A DNA stretch of 64,000 nt from the human T2T-CHM13v2.0 reference genome, Homo sapiens: assembly GCA_009914755.4 (NCBI GenBank), contig CP068257.2, forward strand, positions 14,624,001 to 14,688,000. The letters run 5' to 3'. Below the pieces are notes generated by a model. The model was not told the origin of the DNA and ran no database searches. It was given only the letters and a program-made list of their open reading frames with translations. Positions 51,801 to 64,000 of this stretch are shown here, in pieces (position 1 is the stretch's first letter; each line of letters begins with the position of its first letter). The position numbers were made by a program, and so were the translations under genes.

Positions 51801-54800
51801 AATGGGGGCTGATTGCATATCAGAACAGAGAGGCAATGCCACCATACTTCCACTGCATCTTTTGCAGACTGCTGAGTCAGGTGTTTTTTTGATGCTTTTT
51901 ATAATTTTAATATAATTTGAGCAACCAAATGAAAGTTGCTATGGATTGATTGAACCCTTACTTTTTCTGCAATTCATTTTCATAGTTATGCTTCTTGCTT
52001 CCTGGAACCAATCAGCTACAGCATCACTTCTCAAAATGTGGTCTCAGTACTGCCTACATCAGATTAAATAGGTGCATTGTAAAATGTAGATTTCTGCATT
52101 CCAGTGTCAGACCTATTTAATCTTAATATTAGTCCAGGGACCCGAAAATATCCATTTTACAAAACAAATACGCATTGTCTTTATTATGCAAATAACAATT
52201 TGGCCCCTCCTGATGTAATGTTTAAATATAAAGTTTAATATCTATCGTTTTGTAAGGATTCCCATGGCAAAAAAAAAAAATTGTTTATATCATTTATATA
52301 TTTAAACCTGCCTGTACATATTCTAGGTTGTTCAGATTAAAATAGATTTAATTTCAGTCATATAGATTTCAATCTTAGTTAAATAGGAAAACCAAATTTA
52401 ATCATCTTTTTTTTTTTTTTTTGAGGAAAAGTGTAATTTTAGGGCATACTGTAGATATACTGTTCAAAACAGGAAACCTGAGTTTTCAACTGTAGGTATT
52501 GGATTGCTATGGTAATTTAAATAGCAAATATTTCTGATTTTCTCATGTTTTGGGTGACAGAATCGTGTTGCATTTCCCAGCTCTCGTGATTTAGATGGTA
52601 TAGAAAAGTAATTGTGACCAAGTGTGCCTGGGGCCAGAGTATTTAATTTCCAGTGTTCCTTCATCTTACTTGTGTCTTTCTTCACATTTGAGGTGGAAGC
52701 TGCCCTGTTATCCTGCTTAGCTAAGATGCTACAGTCAGCAAAGCTTCCCTGCTAACCTGTAATGAACGTTTAATGTGAGGGAGAAATACTTTGTGATTTT
52801 AAACTGGTTGGTACTCCAGCATAATCTAAAGCATCCTGACTGATTGTGACTTTCTCTAGCAAAAATGAACTGCTCTAACCTGAGTTATCTCCTATTTAAC
52901 ATGCTGACAGCGGGAATTGATCTAAGGTAATTCATTGCCCCAACAAATTAGGGATTTTTTTGTCAATATTTTGACCTTTGACAAATGAGAGATAGGTAGG
53001 AGGTAAATGTCTCTTCTTTTACAAATTTGCTACTAATTAGGTTGTTTCAAAAACAAAAACAAACCAAGAAACAAATGTCACCGATCGATTTCTGCAAAGG
53101 TAGAGACTTTTATTAACAATCAGGTATGAAACCAAATAGCTTGTTCTGAATAATCTGGAGGGTGTCTCTGTTCCTTGTCTTTTTAGGTATGACATCCAGC
53201 ACTTTGTAGAAAAGGTTCACTGCAGAGCAAATGCAACTGTATTCTAGTAGCAGGAGCAATGAGCCTTCTAGTAGTACCAGGTGAAGGACCCTCCTTATAT
53301 GTCCAGGAGTGGGTAGCAATTCAAATAGATTTTAGATCAAAGGTACCACTTCAAAGATGTTAGACTCACAACCTTTTCCTGGGGTTATTTTACTTTGTTC
53401 CCACAGTGGGGAGATTACCCAGTGTTTCTTGCCAATCACATATCTTCATCATCATTTTTCTCATCAATGAAAAATTATTTGTAACTGTCTTGTAAATTAC
53501 CAAGCTCCCATGGGTAGTTTCACAGTGCAATATTTGGAGACTTGAAGCATTTGCCACAGGTGCCCCTAGAGTATAAACTACTGATTAGGAAATGGTAGAT
53601 CTTAACCAATGTAAAGAGTGGATCTCTAATTAGATTTCTTTAAATCTTAGCTAACTTCTTCTAGTGTGTACATTAAAGAAAAACCAAGGTACTGTGAAAT
53701 CTCTCTACTGGAGCATTTTAAAGTAAAGTATAGGCACTAACAGAATTAATTACAGATTTTTGTTTATTTTCCCCTATGTTCTACTAGGACTACAAAAACC
53801 ATAAAACTCACCAGAATCTTACATTATTTTATTCAACAAATGTAGAAGTATTGCTTGATCAAGTAATGTGGTGCTTGATTTTTAATAATTTACTGTAGAC
53901 TTTGTTATCAATATTTAACTAGTTTACTTCAATATTAAACAGATCAATAACCATTTGTTATTTAAACAAATGTTTAACCACAAACATACCTATATGTATA
54001 TGGATGTGTGTGTTTGTGTATGTATGTATAATTGAGCTGCTTATATATCATGTAGTTTTTTTAAACAAAAAAATAGATAATAGCATCTTAAAATTAAATC
54101 TTGAGACATTGGGTTATAAGTTTCAATTTTGCTTTTCTTTCTGCGTATTCATGGTCTGTAGAGGAGACTAGACTTCCCTAATGTTTTAGTTTCCAAATAT
54201 TTTGCCAAGTATGAATGAACTAGGTCAACGAAGGAAAACATTCTTTCTGAAGCCTACATTAATATTCTACTGTTTGAAAAACTGGACTAACCCTTCAATC
54301 ATTTTGTTAATATTTGTAGCTTCTCACAGAGTTGTAAAACCTCATAAGTAAACATAGGTTTTTCAAATCTTTACCTCATTTTAAATTCTTTTAGTTACTG
54401 TTGTGAATAAAGAATTTCTGGATGGCTAATATCAGCTAATAAGATTAGTAAGGAATGAATTGTAAATAGAGCATATAAAATTACTTATTTTCAAATACTT
54501 CTTAAAAACTTGAAATAGTGTCTCTAGTATTATAATTTTATACATTTGACTTTTTATGATATATTTAATGGTAACATTTAAAATAAAACTGTTTTTTAAA
54601 AGTAGCATTTTACTAGCCCAATGACTGAAAAAAAGTTTGTAAATTTATAGATTTTAAACAAATTGAATGGTGCTAGTTTTTCTATTCACTTTTGTCTCTA
54701 AAATATTTTTGGTATTTTGTAAACAGCAATAAAAATAGCAAGAGTAAAATTTGACTTCATGGAAACTTAACTGTGACTGGACCTCTTTTAATAATTTTTA

Positions 54801-57496
54801 TTAATTTTGACTCCTGTGAATTTTGATGTTTGGAAGTTATATATTTCCAAACTTAAAAAACAGACCTACAATAAATTAGATTGATTATTCCTAGTGAAGT
54901 ACTTTACTAATATTATTGATATTATTGTGTAGTAGTTATTAGGGAGTCTAAGAGGAAGACTATTTTTATTATAGGGAGGATGGTTTCAACTGACAGGTTT
55001 TAAACTAAAATGTTTAAGCATTTTAGACATTCTATTTTAATAAGTATGTTTTAGTTTTAATTTTTTTAAGAATAAATGTGAAATGAATGATTTGGATATA
55101 GGTTAGTTTATGGAAATTTTTGATGATGACTATGTATTGATTACTTTTCATTTCAGGTTATTGATTATTAAAATGGCATTATAAAGAGATAGCTCCAAAA
55201 TAACAGTGTCTTAATTACTTGAAAGACATGTTGTTTTAATATTGCACTGTAACATACCATACCATATTTGGTGATTTTTTTTCTCTATTCCAGTTTTGTA
55301 TGCTACTGTAGGGCATAGAATGTGAGTAGCACCCCTAGAACTCAAAGTATATTTTTATGTGAAGCTGAAATGTTTTTAACTTGACTCAGCCAGTTAATAA
55401 TTTTTGGATTTGGCAAGCTTCAGTACGGTCCTATTTTTGAGAAAAGCCAACAAAAGTATTTATCTTCTAATTCAATGTCCTTTTTTCCCTTAAAGAGATT
55501 TTTGTGTGCAAATGCTTATAAATGTATTGTTATTACAGTAACACTAACATATTCTATTTCTTTCTACGGTGCTAAAAATAATTAACATTTATGGTACATT
55601 TAAACTTTTGTCAGTCAGAAGATCTAGTTATTAAACCAAATGAAATAGGTATAACAATACCTTCTGTATTGGAGTTAGATTATCTCTGAAAGTAATACAC
55701 ACATCAGATGTTATATGGTACCACCGCTACCTCAAAACCATGCATCCTAATATGTTTATTTATAATAAAAATTTTAAATCAGTCATACATTTTCTTCTGA
55801 AATGCATACATAGCATATGCAATGGACTGGTGGAAATACTGTACTATTTCTCATTACTTATTAGAATGACTTAAAATATTGGTTTTGGCTAAACAACTAA
55901 TCAGTATTTTAGTGGAACAGATTTACAACCTTTCCTGACAGTAAAATATACTTTTTGTATATAACATTTCTTACCCAAAGACAGTTGGCACAGTAGTAAA
56001 CTTAATAATCACCTCCAGAAATAAAACATGGAAAAACAATGTTAAATTAAAAACAATTGGCAACTTTAGATATACGTATATGCTTGTGTGTATGTTAATG
56101 TGTGTATATTATACACACAGAGTTTATACAGGCATATAATAATATACCATTATGTATTATATATATATATAACATAGACATATAATATATATTTAAATAA
56201 ATTATATAAGTATATATAAGTAAATTATATAAATACATATAAATATGTAAACATAATTATATAGATATATAATTATAAAGGCAATAGATTCTAAAACTCA
56301 AAACAGACACATATAAAGAGAAAGTTACTAATCATTTCCTCCTGTCATCCTGAGGCAGCCAATGTCAGAGTGTGGTGTGTGTTTCTTTACCTCACTCATG
56401 AGCTTCTCCAAGCTCAGAAAGCACAGATGCACGTTTGTACATCTCTTTTGTTAGAAAGAGAGATGTGGTTTTGTTTCTGTGGTTTGTTTTTATACAGAAA
56501 CTATCAAACACATTGCTCTTCATTTTGTTTTTTATAGATACCCCTTCAAATTAATATACAGAATATTCATATTAAGGCATGCTATTTTTAATTTAAGGAA
56601 ATAAAAATCTGGATATTCATTGTCTTTCTTTTATCATAGCCATAGTAAAAAGTACCAATATTGTCATGGACTGCAAATCTCAGGGATATTTTAACTCCAG
56701 ATCTGGTAATCGCATGAAAATGACTCTGATGTCTATGGGAAAGCAGGAAACCAAGATTTACAAAGTGAATTGCAATTTGGTAGACAATGTTCTTTTACTG
56801 ATCTACTTGTTATCTAGTGCTATCTATCTCCAAAAATACCTGATCCTCATGGTAGAATACATGCTTCACTATGATATAATGGTTGTAGTTTTCAGACACC
56901 GTATTTGGTGAAAAAAATCACATTATAAAACCATACGTCAGTAGAAAGGAATGAGTTAGGGAATAGATTTGCTAAGCTTCTACCAATGGTATAAAGGCGG
57001 ATGCAGGATTTTCTTTAGATTAAGACTAGGTATAATGAAGAGAGCAAAAATAAGTTAAGCCATGGATTAATCCAAGTGAATACAGTTCAAGGAAAATAAA
57101 CATGATACAATCATATGTAAGAGTAAATAATATTCCTCAATGAAAACATTATAACAATTTTGTTTAGAATGCCATAGGCCATCAGAAAGCTGTATATATA
57201 TATATATGTATTATATATTGTATACACTCATCTATTACATATTTAACATGTATTACATACATATTAATGTTTATTATATATTCATATTTCACGTAGTATA
57301 CTGATATAGTATACCTACCATACTGTTAGGTGCATCTGACTTTTTCCATCTTAAATTTTGCATGCACAAAGTATATTTCTTGTACAAAATTTAAATCCTA
57401 ACAATAATATAGCAAAGGTAGATCATGCTTTTGAGAAGCTTTTTAAATTAACAAGTGTTTAAAAGTCTTTGTATATATGTCTGTTACATGTGTGTG

Positions 57497-57500
<4 letters not shown>

Positions 57501-57534
<34 letters not shown>
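57501..57534. repeat. (GT)17 microsatellite
   Basis: Direct reading. Confidence 0.95.
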
Positions 57535-57536
<2 letters not shown>

Positions 57537-57639
57537 AGCATTGAGCCTAAGTTCCAAGCAAACAGTGTGGGTCAGGCAGATTTAGTTCAGCTGGAACGTA
57601 AGGAGAAAATTGACAAGAATGATTCAATTCAATCTATCA

Positions 57640-58200
57640 ACATTGATTAAATGCTTACTATACACTAGGTACTCTTCTAAACGTTCAGGTCATAGTAGTG
57701 ATCACAAAAAGTCCCAAGCAAACATGGTTCTTATATTCTACAGGTGGTGCTGGGGGCACATAGAGAGGAGGAAGACATTAAGCCAAAAACCAAACAAATA
57801 AAAAGCATCATACTGTTTTTGACAGTGTCAAATAGTGTGAAGAAAAATAAAGTTGGTTGGGTGTCTATGGGGAGTGTTTCTTCTATTTTTGGTTGCAGAT
57901 GATTTTTTGCAGTTGGTAGCATCTGAGAAGAGACCTGCAAGAAGTGAAGAAGTATGCTACCAGGCATAGCCCGGGAAAGGGCAGCCCGAGGCAGGGAAAA
58001 GAGCCAGTGAGGTTTTCAAGGAGAGCAGAGTGTGGCATATTTGAGTTATACCAAAGACAATAAAATGGTGAAATAAGGCCATGAAAGGCCTTGTTGGCCA
58101 TATCAACAATATTGGATTGTTTTTCCTAAGTCAGTTGGGAAGCCCTTGGAGGCGTTTGATCAGTGACGTCTCAGTTCATATCATAGATAAGTGAATATGC
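57640..58200 (-). mobile_element. L2 LINE 3'-end remnant (antisense), target of the Alu at 58223
   Basis: cattgattaaatgcttactatacactaggtac is the reverse complement of the L2/MIR 3' tail (gtgcctggcacatagtaagcgctcaataaatg). Further in, gtgaagaaaaataaagttgg and gcccgaggcagggaaaagagccagtgaggttttcaaggagagcagagtgtggc match the L2 motifs gtgctatgaagaaaataaa and gcaaaggccctgaggcaggaa...ggaggccagtgtggc. Confidence 0.45.
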
Positions 58201-58222
58201 ATATTTTAAGAGTTCACTCTGC

Positions 58223-58572
<350 letters not shown>

Positions 58573-61500
58573 TCAACGCTTATGGCAGTACTTTGGAAGA
58601 GTGAACTTGTAGACACTAGGTGCTTCAAAACAGAATGATATTAATAACATAATATTTGATTTATAATTTATCTACTTCTCACAACAGAATAGAATAATAT
58701 GTGTAGAGCTTTAAAGCAATACTAGCATACAGTAAGTTCCATGGAAATTCTAACTATTAACTTTATCCTCTGTATCATCATAATCACCATCATCATTATC
58801 CAAATCCTTAATAGATGCTCTTGGGAAAAAGGTCATTTTAAATGATATTACAAATATGACCCTCTTTTCCTCACTGAAGTCAAGCATAAGTTAAAGGATT
58901 TGAGGATGTGCCCTATTACAGAGTTGTTTAAGAATTTTACGTGTAACATCCAATGTTTTTTTCATCCTTAAGTTGTTGCATGAGTTATAATTAAACCTAA
59001 TTTAAAAAAACAGCTAAACTAAATTGGCATTGTTTCTATTTACATTTTAAAAATTAAATCCTAATCAAACTTTTCCTCTTCATTTATATGAAAATTTTGT
59101 CTCCAAATGTGTACATTTATTTTCAGCTGACTTTTCCCAGCCTGTTCCTCTTAGATAGAAATGTCTTCTCTGTACTATTGTTTTTATATGATTTTTTTCA
59201 ATGCTCAACCCTACTTGATATACATACATATACACAACCATGTACAACATTCACTGTACTCTTTGAAATTCATGGCTTAGCACATGAAAAGTAGCATATT
59301 AAACTTTAAAATAATACAAATATATTTGGTTATCCTTGAAAAATATAAACATTCGCAAAAAATATCACCAGCCGCACATACATATATTCATATAAAATAA
59401 TGTATATTAATAAAAAACTTATATAGGCAATGATACAATCATTAAGTGTTAGCTTGGAAGTAGATGGTATCAGAAAATTAGAAAATAGTTCTTGTGTAAG
59501 TTATTCTTCTACTAATTGGTTCTTAGTTTCCTGAGGACTGCTTTCTTAAAAACAGATTTACATGGTATGCAGATCAGTTTTGTGTAGTGTTTTTGTTTTG
59601 TGGTTACTATTATTTTGTTTGTTTTATGTGTGTATTTTTTAAAGTCTGACAGAGTGATAAATGGTGCTAGTTTTAACTTGAGCTTCAAATACTGATTGAT
59701 ATTTTTTAAACATACACCTTTGATACAATAACAAAACAAATAAAAACAGAGCGTTAAGTCAAATGGAGAAACTAGCACAGATAAAATGTTCTAGTTTTCT
59801 GATCTATGCCTGGCAAATAAATGTATGTACTTAGGGAAATTTGGTGTGTTTTCCTATGTGATACATAAACTGGATAATTTTAATATATTCCCCATTTTGG
59901 ACATTATATTAGAGTGAGAAAAACAGAAAATATATTGAAAATCATAAAAAGTATTAGTAAAGTTCTGAAATTAAAATAACTCCATGAGTATTTTTTTAAG
60001 AAAATATTTTCAATTTAGTGATAAATGAGTTTGTATATATACGGCCAAATCCAAAATAGTCTAAAGCTAAGATTGAGGCCTGTCTCAGCTAAATTACATA
60101 AAATCAAATGATAAAAGTTGACACTTAACTCATCTTGGACTTTGGATGTAAAACATATGTTGCTGATGTTAGTTTGACATGTGTCAAACACCTTCAAAAT
60201 GTATGTATGAATATTTATATTCTTCATACATACCTGTTTATGGGATAATATTGAAATTAAATAACATTCTTAGAAAATTAATGTGACAATATCCAAACAG
60301 AATTGAGATCTCAGACACAAAACATCTGAGTTTAGGCCTATTTGCCATTGACCTATTACTAAAGTGCTTCTGAAAAATGTCCTCACAGAAGGTTGTTTGG
60401 CCTTTCATCCTGCTCCAAAGTGGGTGAGCATAGCTCAGCTGATGTCTACAAACTGTCAGATTGTATGAGCAGAGATCGTGTTTTTCCTTCTAACAGTATA
60501 AGTTGCCGTTGTTTAATCTTTTGATGTGGCTCTGGAAGAGAATATGGTCATTGGTACTCACTCTAGGGAAGAAAAAGAGCAGTTGGGGGTGGAGGGAGGA
60601 GGATGCAGATTGAAAGACGTAAAATAGTGGCAAAAGACAGTGTTCCTTCTCCAGAGGTGAAGACCTGAGTCCCAGCTGGGAGACATGTATCAGTTTCTGT
60701 GCCTGGGAACTTCACATCTTTGGCACCTATCTTGTGCTCAGTGTAAGTCCAGCATTAAGATATATGTATTTTTCCTACTGCATAGCATCTAAATGGAAAC
60801 CAGTCATATCATTAACTGGTTAATTAACAGGTAACAAAGAAGCCAAATTAAAAAACAAAAATAAAAATTCTGCCTTTATTAGACTAATTGAGAGGCCCCA
60901 GGTTTTCACCATGCATGGTTGCTTTAGAACCTAACTCCCCAGGAAGATGTGGCTCCATTCTGCTAGGAAGCAGTCTAGAGCAGCACTATGCAAAGTGGGG
61001 TCCATGGGCCAGGCCCTTCTGAGAACAGTTTGATACCCATTAGAAAACATGGAAGTACAAAAATAGAGAGTAAGCCTTTAGAAAATTTCATAGAAAATCA
61101 ACCCAACATTTGTCTGTTGATTCAAGTAATAAAATATGAATGTTTTAATGTCAGTTTTTACATTTAGTTTCTCTAGTTATCCACTTTTACTGTAAATTGG
61201 AAAACATTACTTCATGATTTAGGAAAAAAATAGTCTGGCTTAGACCACAGTTAGTTTGAGAAGCACTGGGGTAGCACTTTTAGAGTTTCAACACAGATCA
61301 ATATAAGACAAGTGTGATCAATGGCAAAAGTATTTTCAATCCCTTGAAACATCAAGGCAACAATGAGGTTGCATAATTATATCCCTAAAGAAATTTACAT
61401 CTTTATTAATAAGCTTTGTCCTCTCTCTTTTCTTAAGTATTCATGTAAAAACATTCTGAATGCAAAAAATCATATTTAAACACTAAATAGAATGTCAGTA

Positions 61501-64000
61501 GAATTGCATTTGTATGTGTTAAAATCCTATTGTCATTTTACTATAAACTTCTTCTCTCCTTGCTGTTATTGCCTAACTTCTATAGGGCATTTGTATGTGG
61601 CCTTCTTAAAACATTTACTGGAAAGAAACTTAATAAAAATAAATTTATCAATCCAAGATGTGATTTCTCATGAGAATCTTGAATATCTGCATTTAGAAAT
61701 TATATATATGGTCATTTATAGAAAAAAGGAAAGATCTCCTTAAAAACTGGAATAAGAAAATGATTTATATAGTCATGCTAACAAAATATCTTATTTTAGC
61801 AACCACCTGTCTATCACTCTTACCAGTGAAAATTATTCATAAAATAGCTGCTCCTTATAACTAGGGGTAAGAGATATGCAAACAAGACTGCTTTTAATCT
61901 TGAAAAGCATGCAAAACAAAATTTAAACATAGACATCAAAAGAGAAAAACTGTTCTCCAATTTGTCACCAAGTCATTGCTCCCTATATTAAGTCCAGCAA
62001 TTCACGAAACCCTCACTCATTGTTTGCAGTGCCCTGTAGCAAGCTGGAAGTGTCTTTATATGTATTATTAAATTGCCGTTACTGCCATCTAGTGGGAAGA
62101 AATACTCCCTGTCACTATGTCAGGGATTGTACATAAAGCCCTAAAGTTCTAAGTGTAAAGGGAAAGCCACAGTTTGTGTGAATCGCAGAGAGCAAAATGG
62201 CAAACTGAAGACACAATCTCATGACAATAGAGACATAATAGACATCTATTCATCGAATAAGTTAAAGAGGTATGTAGGACGAAAAGAAAGGGTGTGGGGA
62301 ATGCATGCATTCACGAGAATTCATTTTGTGTACACCCAAAATTACATCTAAAGTATTATTTCTTATTGAACACAGGTTACCTGAACCAGGACATTTTATT
62401 ACATGTAGACTTATTTTGTCTTTACCTTTTGAATGTAGATGGATTGTTTTGCATGTGCTTATTAAGTCTTAAAAATGAAGACAGCTTAGATCTGTTCTTA
62501 AAAGGTAAGGTTCATACGAAACACTGTAACGAGGGAATCTTGTTACAATGCAGATTCAGACTCCCCGGGGGTCTGCATTTCTAGCAGCTCTTAGGTGATA
62601 CCATGCTCCTGTTTATAGTCAGATCATACTTTAGGCAGTTACAGGCTTCGAGTGGGTTACCAAAGGGAAGGAGTCCAGAAATGAAGCAAACTCCCCCACA
62701 GAGTATATTTCACCGCTTGTTATCTTGTTGTTATAATGTAATAGACTAGTTCATTCAATGGCCTATACAGTCAAATTGCCAAATTCATTTCTTGAGTTTG
62801 TTACTTAACTATGTAGGTAAACTTGGACAAGATATTTCACATCTCTATGACTTAGTTTCATCATCTGTAAAATAAAATAAATCATAACTAAATATATCTA
62901 AATAGACATACATAAATAACTATCTCATGGTTCTTATGGGAAATAAATGAGCTAAAATCTCAGGATGAGCCATATGAAATTGTCCTCTTTATAGATGAAA
63001 AATAAGCATCCACAATTTTATATAGTTAAAACTAAGTATGTAAATTATTTAGTATAATATGTAGCACCTAGTGAACAATAAATGTTAGTATCAGCAACAA
63101 TTGTCACTGGGTAAATTCATAGACACATGAATGTACTAACACCCTAAAAAGTTTCTTTCAATGAAGAAAATTTTGACATCAAATACACATTATGCAGTAG
63201 CACATATAAACCACGAGGACATAAAAAAAAACAAAGACTCTGGATAAAATTAATAATATGATAAACCTGTTCTGGGGAAAAATAGGCCATGAAAGTATCT
63301 ATTGTTTTCTAAATTATTAGAGCAAGCATACTTCATGTTTTTGAATTCTTTGTCGTTCTTACGCTGTAAACATTTTTACATGATTTCAAGCTATGTTACA
63401 TTCCTTAGTTGTATGGTGAATCATAAAATGTGTGATAAATTATTTATATTTATAAAGTTTTGCCTCAAATAATAGCATTTAGCACTGTGCTTTGATGAAG
63501 GGACATTCATTTGTATGAAAAGCAGTTCTGCTTCTTTTGAGTACATTTAGTCACTTTGCTTAAATGAATAGATATTTCCTAATTTTGACCCTCAGGTTTT
63601 AAACTTTGCTTGAAGTGTACTGATTTTTGCTCTTGTGAAGTATTGTTGGTGAACTACAGAGAAGCATGTAACATACTATAAAACTATAAACTTTAAAATT
63701 ATGAGTTAGAATCTGGTTGGTATTAACTTAAATTGATGTTAATGGTTACATATACAGGCTATCAACTGAGATATATTGTAATTCTTTCTAAGGAGTCCTT
63801 CTTTTTCTAAAATTTGAAATCTTTTCAACCTTTTGATGTATATAAAATATTTGTTATAAACCTGTTTTATAATGAAAGTAATTTTTATTACCACGTAGTT
63901 TAGAGACTAAACTTGTAAGTTTCAAGGTTAGTGGAAGAAAGAATTTAAGCCACTATAATCTATTCCACATGGGCAACAAAGTACATTTAAGGAATAAAAC

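Noticed and set aside
56090-56290. AT-rich tata/ataaat low-complexity patches at 56090-56290 and 57190-57300 as satellite arrays
   Set aside because: No regular period could be discerned, so they look like degenerate (TA)n-derived low complexity rather than organised tandem repeats.

Overview
This window is primate (almost certainly human or great-ape) nuclear DNA, not a prokaryotic locus, so no operon, CRISPR array, defence island or phage system is present and I am not inventing one. The evidence is seven full-length and two partial Alu SINEs. Three of the Alus are AluY-like and lie in antisense orientation with intact target-site duplications. There are also ERVL-MaLR solo LTRs (two MLT1-like, one THE1/MST-like), several MIR and L2 remnants, and many microsatellites. 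By eye the region is AT-rich (roughly mid-30s % G+C). It is Alu-poor, at about 4% of bases, and is dominated by ancient L2/MIR/MaLR relics. No credible protein-coding exon, tRNA or rRNA is visible. The 60-150 aa ORFs in the supplied track are nearly all chance frames in AT-rich DNA or lie inside Alu, L2 or simple repeats. The points worth a second look are structural or regulatory candidates. (1) An Alu at 30748-31182 has an internal duplication of the left monomer between intact target-site duplications. (2) A roughly 285-bp segment is present twice (48010-48292 and 49885-50167), and the ORF it carries is kept in both copies only by chance. (3) A short G+C-rich islet at 39700-40030 carries a 63-aa ORF with a single predicted transmembrane helix and an AATAAA just downstream of the stop. 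(4) A CpG-enriched unique patch at 40840-41500 holds a Kozak-context ATG ORF that ends exactly at a consensus splice donor. (5) Several unique blocks (11200-12600, 17000-17800, 34400-34900, 36240-36700) stand out from the AT-rich background as candidate conserved non-coding elements; 36240-36700 carries octamer (ATGCAAAT) and TAATTA motifs. (6) An AT-rich palindromic tract at 47270-47930 has nested inverted repeats and a recurring GTCAAATA motif. All of these are hypotheses that need alignment or expression data. Coordinates of ancient repeats are approximate because they were assigned by eye against remembered consensus sequences.
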